From a virus (lineage: Duplodnaviria; Heunggongvirae; Uroviricota; Caudoviricetes): 64,000 nucleotides of DNA. Shown piece after piece: positions 9,576 to 19,388 of the stretch. Where the stretch lies: the IMG/VR virus record IMGVR_UViG_3300032116_012976. One strand, 5' to 3'. A model generated the notes under the pieces. The model was given only the letters and a program-made list of their open reading frames with translations. It did not search any database and was not told where the DNA came from. The position numbers and the translations under genes were made by a program. Each line of letters opens with the position of its first letter. The first letter of the stretch is position 1.

Positions 9576-11037
9576 TGCAGGCTTTCATGACGCTGCCTTG
9601 ACCTTGTTAGACCAGCACGGCAAGATTGTGTTTGCCGGCCATTCAGAACGTTACAGCAAGCAAAAAAATGATGCTGATATTTCATCAGCCATGCTTGACG
9701 AAATTGACATGAGTCAGGTAGGTACCATTGCGTACTACGAACGTCCGTGGATGAAACAACTGCGTCAATGGTATGCAGGACAGGGTATTGAGTGGAACAA
9801 AGTAACCACAAGACAAATACTAGAGCAACAGCTTGGCGCTGACCAAGTCAATGGCAAACGCATTAAAAACTACAATCATCATTTGTGTCATGCTGCTGCT
9901 GGTTTTCAAACAAGCCCTTATCCCATAGCCACAGTGGTTGTGATAGATGCTGTGGGCGAATGGGACACAGTGTCAATCTGGGGAGCAATGTATGATAAAA
10001 ATCTTAAAGCAACGTATACTCGACTTTGGTCGCAGAGTTATCCACATTCAATTGGATTATTCTACAGTGCTATTACTAAGCGCATTGGCCTACACCCACT
10101 AGACGAAGAATACATCACCATGGGCATGGCCGGATGGGGAACACCTCGATGGACCGAAGTCATGCGTGATGTACTCGTGGACAATCCAGAACAACTGCGG
10201 TTTAGATCAAACTTACACACAGGACTTGATTCAAGTTTTTTAGATTGTGCAACCAATGAAGATATTGCTGCTTCGGCACAACAACTCACAGAGTATCTAA
10301 TACACCAAGTTATGACCAAGGCCAAAAACTTTGGGTGGAGTGACAACTTGGTTTACATGGGCGGAGTGGCGCTAAACTGTTTGGCCAATAGGAGGTTAGG
10401 TGAATACTTTGATAACATATGGATTATGCCTTGTCCTGGTGATGCTGGCAGTAGCCTGGGCGCCGCCGCTCTTGCACACGGCGGTTGTGTTCAGTGGACT
10501 AGTGCTAGTCTTGGCCATAATATACCTGGTGATTACCCTGTTTACAATGCCATGGCTGCTCTTCTCACTGATCGTATTGTGGGTGTGGCATCGGGCCGAG
10601 CAGAATTCGGACCCAGAGCCCTAGGCAATAGATCATTGCTAGCAGACCCCCGTGGCGCTGACATAAAAGACCAAGTGAATTCGATCAAACGCAGACAAAA
10701 ATTTAGACCTTTTGCCCCAGTTATTCTGGAGGAGTTGGCTGACGATTACTTTGATATGCCTCGTTGCTGGAGTGACAGTAGGTATATGCAAATTGTCGCT
10801 CGTTGCCGGCATCCTGACTTATTTCCCGCTGTTATTCATGTTGACGGCACTAGTCGTGTACAGACTGTGCCCCGCGACGGATCAGGCATAAGAAAGCTGT
10901 TGGAAGCATGGTACGCCGAGACAGGTTGCCCTATGTTGCTTAATACAAGTTTAAACATACGTGGGGAGCCAATGGTAAACGACAGAGCAGACGCAGACCG
11001 ATTTGAAACACTGTATGGTGTAAAGGTATGTTCATGA
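9547..11037 (+). CDS. carbamoyltransferase (NodU/CmcH family)
   Basis: ILGISAGFHDAALTLL, NHHLCHAAAGF, LNTSLNIRGEPMV are typical of O-carbamoyltransferases. Confidence 0.8.
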   Translation: MKSQNILGISAGFHDAALTLLDQHGKIVFAGHSERYSKQKNDADISSAMLDEIDMSQVGTIAYYERPWMKQLRQWYAGQGIEWNKVTTRQILEQQLGADQVNGKRIKNYNHHLCHAAAGFQTSPYPIATVVVIDAVGEWDTVSIWGAMYDKNLKATYTRLWSQSYPHSIGLFYSAITKRIGLHPLDEEYITMGMAGWGTPRWTEVMRDVLVDNPEQLRFRSNLHTGLDSSFLDCATNEDIAASAQQLTEYLIHQVMTKAKNFGWSDNLVYMGGVALNCLANRRLGEYFDNIWIMPCPGDAGSSLGAAALAHGGCVQWTSASLGHNIPGDYPVYNAMAALLTDRIVGVASGRAEFGPRALGNRSLLADPRGADIKDQVNSIKRRQKFRPFAPVILEELADDYFDMPRCWSDSRYMQIVARCRHPDLFPAVIHVDGTSRVQTVPRDGSGIRKLLEAWYAETGCPMLLNTSLNIRGEPMVNDRADADRFETLYGVKVCS

Positions 11038-11720
11038 TTATAATTATGGGCGATAGTTGGGGCGTGGGAGAATGGGGATCGGATAAAGATCGCAGTTGTT
11101 GTTTAACGGGTCCGGGAATAGGTCAATTGTTTTCTTTGCATGGCAAAGTAATAAATTTTAGTCAGGGCGGTGCTAATAATTTTGAACAACAACAGGAGTT
11201 TGAACGGTTGTTGGCAAAATTCAAACCAGATGACAATGATCAATTTTATTGGATAGTTACAGATCCTTTAAGAAATGTTGTACCTAGCACGTTACTAGAA
11301 ACTGCTTCAAGTATTGAATCTGCCGCACAAGAACTGTTAAATTTGTTTTTTAAAAATATTAATTTCATTGCAACTAGTCGCAATATAACCATTAGGTTAA
11401 TTGGAGGGCTCTGTGATCTTGAACCTATATCTTACAGCCATTTAAAAGTGGTTGTTCCAAGTTGGTGCAAAATGCTTAATGCAACTCATACATCATCAAT
11501 TTTTGTAGATGACACAATTAAAGAGCTTGCACCATATATTGCAGCGCATAGGCCTGATTTAAAACATGAATGGACAGAAATAGCCAAAACTGCATTGGAC
11601 AAAAGAAAAAGTGTTAAGTACTTAGAATCTTGTGGGCTAATAGTGGCAGACCATCCTTCAAGACAAGCGCACAGATTACTAAGAGATTATTTGTCACCGG
11701 GCAACGAAAATGTTTTTTAA
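11028..11720 (+). CDS. SGNH-like hydrolase (divergent)
   Basis: N-terminal IIIMGDSWGVGEWG. Confidence 0.45.
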   Translation: MFMIIIMGDSWGVGEWGSDKDRSCCLTGPGIGQLFSLHGKVINFSQGGANNFEQQQEFERLLAKFKPDDNDQFYWIVTDPLRNVVPSTLLETASSIESAAQELLNLFFKNINFIATSRNITIRLIGGLCDLEPISYSHLKVVVPSWCKMLNATHTSSIFVDDTIKELAPYIAAHRPDLKHEWTEIAKTALDKRKSVKYLESCGLIVADHPSRQAHRLLRDYLSPGNENVF

Positions 11721-11768
11721 AAACATTGGTGTTAATATAATGCTAATTCAATCAGTTGATTCTTGTGG

Positions 11769-11865
11769 GAGTTTGACCTTGCACATACGTGGTGAGCCCA
11801 TGGTCAACGATAGAGCAGATGCAGATAGATTTGAACGTGAGTATGGTGTCAAGGTCTGTTCATGA
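11769..11865 (+). pseudogene. duplicated 3'-end remnant of the carbamoyltransferase gene
   Basis: Translates ...LHIRGEPMVNDRADADRFEREYGVKVCS*, versus the true gene end LNIRGEPMVNDRADADRFETLYGVKVCS* at 10951..11037. It keeps the same gttcATGA junction to the next ORF and has no start codon. Confidence 0.75.
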
Positions 11866-12407
11866 ATGTGCATGCAATTCATTTGCCCAATCAGGCTCGA
11901 TGTTTTTTAATTGACAGCTTTTTCCCACAAAGTCATCTAGCCAGCATACATGAAATATGTGAGGCTTTCAGCAAAGAGTCTGTGGCCTGGCAGCATCCTG
12001 AGTGGACCACGTATCGTTACATATATCAAAACTGCTCACCTGAATGGCAGTCAGTTGTGGACTATCTAAAAGTTCCCAACCCAGAACTCACTCAAGCACT
12101 GGGCTATGCTGTGACATGTGATGAAGTGTTGTTATGGGCAGAGTTTCAAGGCATTGGAATATTGCAACCGCATGTTGAAATACCCGGCGGTAAAAATCTC
12201 AGTCAGTTGTATATTACCAAACAGCCAGTGCCCAATAACGGCACTACCATCTATACCGATCAAAAAGAAATATTATGCTTGTTGCCGTATCGTGACAACT
12301 TTGGATGGTTCTTTGATGACAGTGGTCGAGTCATGCATGGGCGTGACAATGACGTACCACCAGACATCATACGTTTTACCATGATGATGCACTGGTCTAA
12401 AGTGTAA
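11862..12407 (+). CDS. hypothetical protein
   Basis: 181-aa ORF starting at the ATGA junction of the remnant. Confidence 0.55.
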   Translation: MNVHAIHLPNQARCFLIDSFFPQSHLASIHEICEAFSKESVAWQHPEWTTYRYIYQNCSPEWQSVVDYLKVPNPELTQALGYAVTCDEVLLWAEFQGIGILQPHVEIPGGKNLSQLYITKQPVPNNGTTIYTDQKEILCLLPYRDNFGWFFDDSGRVMHGRDNDVPPDIIRFTMMMHWSKV

Positions 12408-13448
12408 TTACAGATAAGTTTCTAAACCGCCACGACGGCGGATATCCTGTGTGCAACAAGATATACCGCCGTCCCAGAAGTAGCTGTGACGCAACTCACA
12501 TATAATGGGTTCAATCCCATGCTTCCTACAGTAATCAAAAACTTCTTTGTTGTACGCACTAAAGATCACGTGCGATTCATCTAACACAAGACAGTTGACA
12601 TCAAACACAGTTTCGGCCACAAAGCCAGTCCATTTGGTCAGATAAGTGTTCACAAAGTCTGTGAACTCAGGTGTGGGTGTTTGGCCTTGCACATACCATG
12701 CGCCAGGTGATTGTTCGTACTTGAACTTGCCCACTTCCATAGCGGCCCAGATTGAACTGTCCCAGATCTTACATACGTCCCAGCCAGGAAAGTCTTTGGC
12801 TAGATCCAAGTTAACATCGTGCTTGCTGGACAGTAACACACCGGGTTTGAGAATAGCAAACACAGCATCACCGTGTCCATCTGTAACAGCTTCGTGTATG
12901 CGATACTCTGGACCTAGGCAATTGTCCACAATCCAACGAGTTTGATCAGGACGCAAAAAGTCTGAGTTGTCAAAGAACACATCACGCCCCACACGCACAA
13001 TACAACTTGCACTTGCACCATTTAGTATGCAATCTGGATCCCAGGCGCTTTTGTGTGGGTTAATGACTGCATCTCCGTAGCCTCGGCAAACGTTATCCAG
13101 TTCAGGCATGGCCAACACACGCAACAATTTGCCGCCCAAGGTGATTTGCCAGTCGCGTGGTGTGAGTGGCGGCAGCGGAGCACCTCCTCCTTCAGTTTGG
13201 AACCATACAAATTGATCTTTTGCAGGTAGATCTGGACGACGAACTTGAGCTCCAAACTGCTCAATGGTCTTGGACAAGTTAGCAAGATCTTCTTCAGTTT
13301 CATGGAGAATCTGTTGCAGTTGATTGCGCACTTGTGGATTGTCTATGAAATCAAAGTAGTCAGGCGAGTAAGCACGACCCACAATTACTTCTTCAAGTGG
13401 TTGCCAGCTGGTGTAGGAGTTAACGATATTGCTCATGTATTTTCTCAA
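12408..13448 (-). CDS. amidinotransferase (glycine / inosamine-phosphate amidinotransferase family)
   Basis: N-terminal WQPLEEVIVG. C-terminal active-site block FWDGGISCCTQDIRRRG matches the GG-x-HC-x-T-x-D-x-RRRG signature of AGAT/StrB1-type enzymes. Confidence 0.75.
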   Translation of the reverse strand: MRKYMSNIVNSYTSWQPLEEVIVGRAYSPDYFDFIDNPQVRNQLQQILHETEEDLANLSKTIEQFGAQVRRPDLPAKDQFVWFQTEGGGAPLPPLTPRDWQITLGGKLLRVLAMPELDNVCRGYGDAVINPHKSAWDPDCILNGASASCIVRVGRDVFFDNSDFLRPDQTRWIVDNCLGPEYRIHEAVTDGHGDAVFAILKPGVLLSSKHDVNLDLAKDFPGWDVCKIWDSSIWAAMEVGKFKYEQSPGAWYVQGQTPTPEFTDFVNTYLTKWTGFVAETVFDVNCLVLDESHVIFSAYNKEVFDYCRKHGIEPIICELRHSYFWDGGISCCTQDIRRRGGLETYL

Positions 13449-14610
13449 TCAAGCTATTTAAACGCTTGCTCTTGTTGGCAACAAATAATTGCTGGTTGTG
13501 TTCTATGTCTGCTCTGGCAGCTTCGAACAACTGCGGTAACCTGGGTTGAGCGGCTGCTATGCTGTCACGCAAGCTCTCCCAACGCTGTGTGTGGTTTGCA
13601 ATTTTATCGTAACTGTTATCCAGTATGCCATCAAACACACGATAGCCCAGATCACGCAACACTTGCAAACTACCAGCACCACCGCCCACAAAAAACAACT
13701 GCCCGTGTTTGATAGGTTTGAATGTTTTTTCTGTAACAAATGCACCATTTGACTGATCCACATCAAATTGACTTTCCAACACTATGTTACAGTATGCGTT
13801 TGCAAAATATTTTGGTTCCATTACAGAATGATTGTTGCGATCGCTATCACTTAGTTCATCGCTGATGTAAGGTGCCTGATCCAGGAACCGTTTGCGATCA
13901 TAACGCAGCTGACTGATCATATCTACTTCTATTGGGCAGTCGGTATCTTCACCGTAAGGTTCTTCACAATAACTCCAATAACTGTTGCTCAGTATACCAG
14001 AGCGATGCAGGTCTGCCATGGCAGTGGCCCGCCACCATTTGTGCAGTCTGCTCAAACAAGTAAAATCTCGTTCTCGTGGCAAGTTGTGAATTTCTAAAGG
14101 CGCACTGTTGATGTTGCGCTGATAATACCACAGTTCAAAGTCGTGAAATGTAACAAAGCCGGGCAACTGGTCTGCGGATGTATTACTGCTGACAAATATA
14201 TAACAGTCTGGTGGCAACAGGTGTTGTTCGGCTAATGCGTCCAGTCTGTTTTTGATTCGTCTAGGACTGTCACCTTCGTGGTACATGAACAACACACGTA
14301 ACTCACTGCGGTGCAGTTTTTTTCTTACAGCAACTGTCATTAATTCAAAGTAGTCAATGTCAAAGTCAAAGAATCCCAAGCAAACAGGATAGTATGTGTT
14401 GGCTGGCAAGCTGTGGTCGATGTTGTGAACTGTTAAATCAATACCATGTTGACCACAGTATTCTTGTATTCGCACAGGAGTAGTGTATGGCCAGTGCTCG
14501 CCAAACTGTCTCCAGCCGGGAGTGTAAGGTCTAGCTTCGTGCCGTGCCAGGGCAGGATATATTTTACCTTTGATGGTTTGATCAGCAACAAGATTAAGTT
14601 TGTAATTCAT
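13420..14610 (-). CDS. putative glycosyltransferase, GT10-like TEK-motif family, paralog 3
   Basis: NIVLESQFDVDQSNGAFVTEKTFKPIKHGQLFFVGG...LGYRVFDGILDNSYD. Confidence 0.5.
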   Translation of the reverse strand: MNYKLNLVADQTIKGKIYPALARHEARPYTPGWRQFGEHWPYTTPVRIQEYCGQHGIDLTVHNIDHSLPANTYYPVCLGFFDFDIDYFELMTVAVRKKLHRSELRVLFMYHEGDSPRRIKNRLDALAEQHLLPPDCYIFVSSNTSADQLPGFVTFHDFELWYYQRNINSAPLEIHNLPRERDFTCLSRLHKWWRATAMADLHRSGILSNSYWSYCEEPYGEDTDCPIEVDMISQLRYDRKRFLDQAPYISDELSDSDRNNHSVMEPKYFANAYCNIVLESQFDVDQSNGAFVTEKTFKPIKHGQLFFVGGGAGSLQVLRDLGYRVFDGILDNSYDKIANHTQRWESLRDSIAAAQPRLPQLFEAARADIEHNQQLFVANKSKRLNSLIEKIHEQYR

Positions 14611-15790
14611 ACAACATGTTTTGTAGTTCAGGCCAAAGTATGCTAGTCAATCCGCCTTGGTAAAAATGATGAAAGTTGTGTTCTACTAAGGGCACACATG
14701 CACGATGAATTTGCTCACGTTCTTTCAACGACAAACTGTCAAGGTCCTTGAGTAATTTTACTACCTTTTCCACACGCAGTTGATCATCGGTTTCTTGGTC
14801 GTAACTTTCGTCAAACACAGAATCAAATGTTTTGAAACCATAACTGCGCATGTATTCCAAACTGCCAGCAGGCGCCATCAACACAAACGGCATTTCTAAT
14901 GCAATGGCCTTGAATGTTTTTTCAGTAATGTGCAATCGACGTCCAAAATAAACTGTTTCAGTTGGCACATACACAAGAGAATCCTGCGCTTCTGTAAAAT
15001 TGGTAAGCCAACAGCTGGCCATCTGTTGAGTTTCTTCGCCAGCAAACAGTCTAGGCAATTCAGCAGTTCGAAACACTTGCTCAATGTCTGGATATATGTT
15101 ATTATACTTCTTAGCAATGTCAACAATGTCAACATTTTCATACACACAGACTCGTGGAGCTGAAATGTGATTGTGTTCCAATTGCTGTTTGAACACATGA
15201 TACAAAAACAACACTCGATGATCACGTTTGCCAGCAACAATCCGATTGGGACTCATGAACGTTTTGGTAGGAGCACGATCACGTGCTCTAGGAATCAAAA
15301 AAGACTTATCGTATCCACGAAACCAATCTTGACAGGCCCATCCATGATAAAAATAGTAATGACTTTTCCAGCCATATATATCACACAACTGTTCAACTTG
15401 TTCTCCATGCTCGCTAACAATAACATGTCCTTGTGATGTTTTTATTTGTTTGTTTTTAATAATGTTTGCTAAATTTAGATCAGTATAATTTGCAATTAAA
15501 AAATCAGCCATGTTAATGTAGTTGCTGTCAGGATCGTTAAGTCTGTACACAACATCAGCCATGCGATCTAACACTTCGTTAAACAATCCTCCATGTGCAT
15601 CTAAATGAACTGGTTCTTGATCATGAAAAAATATATAATCTTCTTCCTCGATGCCATCATACCCAAAATTCAACAATGCGTTGGGGCTGGTATCACCAGG
15701 TGGATCACAAAAGAACATGCGTGTGCCAGGAACATTTTGCTTGATCCAAGGCCAAAATGTATTGTTGTAAATTTCGTCTATTCTAATCAT
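14594..15790 (-). CDS. putative glycosyltransferase, GT10-like TEK-motif family, paralog 4
   Basis: VYVPTETVYFGRRLHITEKTFKAIALEMPFVLMAPAGSLEYMRSYGFKTFDSVFDESYD. Its start codon shares the CATG at 15788-15791 with the divergent ORF. Confidence 0.5.
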   Translation of the reverse strand: MIRIDEIYNNTFWPWIKQNVPGTRMFFCDPPGDTSPNALLNFGYDGIEEEDYIFFHDQEPVHLDAHGGLFNEVLDRMADVVYRLNDPDSNYINMADFLIANYTDLNLANIIKNKQIKTSQGHVIVSEHGEQVEQLCDIYGWKSHYYFYHGWACQDWFRGYDKSFLIPRARDRAPTKTFMSPNRIVAGKRDHRVLFLYHVFKQQLEHNHISAPRVCVYENVDIVDIAKKYNNIYPDIEQVFRTAELPRLFAGEETQQMASCWLTNFTEAQDSLVYVPTETVYFGRRLHITEKTFKAIALEMPFVLMAPAGSLEYMRSYGFKTFDSVFDESYDQETDDQLRVEKVVKLLKDLDSLSLKEREQIHRACVPLVEHNFHHFYQGGLTSILWPELQNMLYELQT

Positions 15791-18700
15791 GTTTGATGTT
15801 TTTTATTCGGGGAAAAAACCCAATGTTGTGGTGGGAGTACAAGAAGCTGAATCGATTGATCATGCACGTCAGTTGAGTCGCACACGATATTTTTGGTGGA
15901 TACACTACTTAGCAGATCTCGAGCACTGGGATTTTTCTTGGGAGCCTGTACCGTGGCAAAGTCACCAACGCCACGCCTGGGCCAACCAACATCAACCTGA
16001 CGCTGGCATATATCTTGTGCCTGCAAACTGGGATGGGCAAGAAACCAATTATCACTCTGCTCCTGCAATACATCACGGGGTTGATGCAAACTACTGGCAC
16101 ATTCCCGGCTGGATTGATGCTACCAGCATAGATCCACAATGGAGTCCAGACCCAATGGATCCACCTTATATCTACGAGTTTCCTGTGGAGTGGGGATGGG
16201 ATAGAATTGGTGGGCCACAGTATCGAGTTCCTGGTGCTAGTGAAATCAAATACGTCAACGCTTTTGTAACAAAAACTCAGCACAATCCATTGCCTTGGTT
16301 TCAGCATTGTGAGTTTAACTGGACTGACGAAGCCTATCGTTGGCGCCCATGTCCCGAAGATCCTCCTTACATCTATGTGTTTGGTAATCAATGGTATCCA
16401 GCTGAAGTCATGCCTACTGTGGAATATCGAGTTCCTGGCGCCACAGAACGCAAATACATGGATCTGCGTGTGCAGTTACCAGAACGTCACACTAACCACT
16501 GGCACACTTTGCATGATTGCGAATGGGATTATTCATGGGTGCCAGACCCAGGAGATCCACCTTATATCTATGTTTTTGGCAATCAACATTGGCCTGCTGA
16601 AAAAATGCCCACAGTGGAATATCATGTGCCAGGCGCTACCGAGCGCAAGTACATGCACATGACTGCAAGATTACTCAGTGACAAAACCAATTGGACCATA
16701 CACGAATACATCAAACGATGGGACTATTCATGGGTGCCGGATCCAGGAGACCCACCATACATCTACATATGGGGCAATCAACATTGGCCCGGCGAGATCA
16801 TGCCCACCTTAACATATACAATGCCTGGTGCAACAGATATCAAATACGTAGATGGACCACAACCTGAGTTGGGCAGTTGCATGGGCAATTGGGAATGGTG
16901 CGAAGATATCAACGACAGTGAGTGGGATTGGACGTGGGTACCCAACCCCAAGGACCCTCCCTATATCTATGTGTTTGGCAATCAATGGAATCCGCCAGAA
17001 TTAAAAGCCAGTATCAAGTATCATGTAGATGGTGCTACAGAAGTCAAGTATATGGATCGACGCACCACAAGATTGCCGCAGCCTGATCTTTTTACTAATG
17101 TTCTTCCAGTGACGCAGTTTGATTACTCTTGGGAACCTGATCCCACAGATCCGCCAATGACCTATGTGTTTGGTAGTCAGTGGAATCCTGGTGTGCTAGA
17201 ACCCGCTGTAACATACAGCACTGGAGGCACAGAAATCAAGTATGTAGACAACATAATTGCTCAAGTGGCACCAAACCCTGAGTCCTGGACACTGCTGGAC
17301 GATGTGATAGAGTTTGACTACAGTTGGAGACCAAATCCCACAGATCCCCCTTACATTTATGTGTTTGGTAATCAATGGCTAAGTGCAGAAGTCCGACCTG
17401 CACTAGAGTATCATGTGCCAGGTGCTACAGAACGCAAGTACATGGATCATCCACGGGCTCAACGTCGTGGCAACCCAGAGTTATTTGTGAAGTTACATCC
17501 TTGTGCGTTTGATTGGTCGTGGGAACCAGAACCAGGATCGCCTCCTTACAAGTATGTGTTTGGTAATCAATGGCACGCCGCAGAAATCATGCCCACAGTT
17601 GAATACAACATGCCAGGTGCTACTGAACTCAAGTATATGGACGAGCCAAAAGCTAAACTACCCGAAAACCCCAATCGACCTTGGTACAATGTAGTTGAGA
17701 GCGACATGGATTATTCATGGGTACCGGATCCCGGAGATCCTCCATATATCTATGTGTTTGGCAATCAATGGCACTCAGCTGAAATCATGCCCACAGTAGA
17801 ATATCGCATGCCCGGCGCTACAGAACGCAAGTACGTGGATATATCCGCACAATTGCTACCTGACTTGACACACTGGCACATACCTGATCATGTTGATGTC
17901 ACGGACATGGACTTCTCTTGGGTACCTGATCCAGGTGAGCCGCCCTACATCTATCAGTTTGCCACACAGCACCAAAAAACAGGCGGCCCGCAATATCGGG
18001 TGCCATGTGCTAGTGAAGTCAAGTATGTGGATATGATGCGAGCCGAAGTCAAACGTGAGGCTGTGCCTATTTTTGAAATTGATCACATGGACGGCAATGC
18101 TGGTCAGATCCCTAACGTGGTCAAAAAGATTCGATATTTTGACAACTATAGAGACACTCTAATACGTCTGGCCAAGAGTCTAGTGGGCGAATACGAGCAT
18201 GTGTGGGTGTGTAGCAGTATATGCGATTACACTGACTTTGATTTTTCATGGCATCCAGAAACATGGCAAAGCACCATGCTCCATGTGTTCCCTAGCAACA
18301 AACAAAAGTTTGGGGACACATTCTACATGCATGTGCCTACCTTTGCTGAACGAGCAGAAAAGAAACAGTTGTTAGAATGGTATTCGGTAAACTATGTGTC
18401 ACGACGGGCAGTGCCACGCAGACCTATGCCTGTGATTGTGCATGATGGCGACAGTCAAGTTGATGCTGTAAAGTCACAAGACTTTGTGGGTCCATTGGCC
18501 ATGTTTACCAATCATGACTATGTGCCTAGCGACCTTGTTACAGTGCCCTTGTGGCGGCAAGAAACCAAGACTATTGTGCCTGTAAGTTCAGGCGCTGGCA
18601 GTGTAGTTGTGCCTAAAGTGGCTGTGCCCTTTATCAAGACACAGTTGTATGACTATCCGCACATAGACAAAACACAACGAATGTTGAAAGACAAGCCATT

Positions 18701-19388
18701 AGACATTGTGTTTATCAGCAATGGTGAAATCAACGCTAATCGACACTTTGAACATCTAGCCAGTGCGACTTGTAATTTAAAAAATAAACTGCATCGTGTG
18801 GATGGTGTGAATGGACGTGTGGCTGCTTATCATGCTGCCGCACAGGTCAGCGGTACACCTTGGTTCTTTGCAGTATTTGCTAAGTTGCAGGTCAATAAAG
18901 AATTTGACTGGAACTGGCAACCTGACCGCATGCAACAGGCCAAACACTATATCTTTCATGCCAAGAATCCTCTCAATGGACTGGTATACGGACACCAGGC
19001 CATGATTGCATACAACAAGAAGTTAGTGCTAGAGAACAAAGGTCTGGGCCTAGACTTCACACTAGACCAGCCACACGAAGTAGTACCCATCTTGTCAGGC
19101 ACAGCATGGTACACTGACTCACCGTGGATGGCCTGGCGTACTGCTTTCCGTGAAGTAATTAAACTGATGACCACTTTGCCTGATGTGGAAAGTGAATACC
19201 GCTTGAACAAATGGCTTGATATCAACAGCGACGAAGCGGACCCGCAGTGGAGTCGACTTGGTGCAGAAGATGCTGAGGAATATTACAACTCAGTCAACGG
19301 AGACTTTGCAGAACTGCGAAAGAGTTATGATTGGGCTTGGCTGGCTAGCTATGCGTTTATTAAACGATCTCTAACAACTGATCAATAA
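15789..19388 (+). CDS. 1199-aa tandem-repeat protein (W-x-W-x-P-x-P-x-DPPYIYVFGNQW...PGATERKYMD repeats) with a distinct C-terminal domain
   Basis: About 10 well-conserved repeats of roughly 65 aa plus degenerate copies at both ends. C-terminal ~450 aa are non-repetitive (IVFISNGEINANRHFEHL..., FDWNWQPDR...). Confidence 0.8.
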   Translation: MFDVFYSGKKPNVVVGVQEAESIDHARQLSRTRYFWWIHYLADLEHWDFSWEPVPWQSHQRHAWANQHQPDAGIYLVPANWDGQETNYHSAPAIHHGVDANYWHIPGWIDATSIDPQWSPDPMDPPYIYEFPVEWGWDRIGGPQYRVPGASEIKYVNAFVTKTQHNPLPWFQHCEFNWTDEAYRWRPCPEDPPYIYVFGNQWYPAEVMPTVEYRVPGATERKYMDLRVQLPERHTNHWHTLHDCEWDYSWVPDPGDPPYIYVFGNQHWPAEKMPTVEYHVPGATERKYMHMTARLLSDKTNWTIHEYIKRWDYSWVPDPGDPPYIYIWGNQHWPGEIMPTLTYTMPGATDIKYVDGPQPELGSCMGNWEWCEDINDSEWDWTWVPNPKDPPYIYVFGNQWNPPELKASIKYHVDGATEVKYMDRRTTRLPQPDLFTNVLPVTQFDYSWEPDPTDPPMTYVFGSQWNPGVLEPAVTYSTGGTEIKYVDNIIAQVAPNPESWTLLDDVIEFDYSWRPNPTDPPYIYVFGNQWLSAEVRPALEYHVPGATERKYMDHPRAQRRGNPELFVKLHPCAFDWSWEPEPGSPPYKYVFGNQWHAAEIMPTVEYNMPGATELKYMDEPKAKLPENPNRPWYNVVESDMDYSWVPDPGDPPYIYVFGNQWHSAEIMPTVEYRMPGATERKYVDISAQLLPDLTHWHIPDHVDVTDMDFSWVPDPGEPPYIYQFATQHQKTGGPQYRVPCASEVKYVDMMRAEVKREAVPIFEIDHMDGNAGQIPNVVKKIRYFDNYRDTLIRLAKSLVGEYEHVWVCSSICDYTDFDFSWHPETWQSTMLHVFPSNKQKFGDTFYMHVPTFAERAEKKQLLEWYSVNYVSRRAVPRRPMPVIVHDGDSQVDAVKSQDFVGPLAMFTNHDYVPSDLVTVPLWRQETKTIVPVSSGAGSVVVPKVAVPFIKTQLYDYPHIDKTQRMLKDKPLDIVFISNGEINANRHFEHLASATCNLKNKLHRVDGVNGRVAAYHAAAQVSGTPWFFAVFAKLQVNKEFDWNWQPDRMQQAKHYIFHAKNPLNGLVYGHQAMIAYNKKLVLENKGLGLDFTLDQPHEVVPILSGTAWYTDSPWMAWRTAFREVIKLMTTLPDVESEYRLNKWLDINSDEADPQWSRLGAEDAEEYYNSVNGDFAELRKSYDWAWLASYAFIKRSLTTDQ
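16131..18032 (+). repeat. in-frame coding tandem repeats (period roughly 190-210 nt)
   Basis: Repeated DNA such as ccagg(a/t)gatccaccttatatctatgt(g/t)tttggcaatcaa, read directly. Confidence 0.85.

Noticed and set aside
16131-18032. Periodic ~200-nt DNA repeats considered as a CRISPR-like or satellite array
   Set aside because: The repeats are in frame within one long ORF, are conserved at protein level, and have no short unique spacers.
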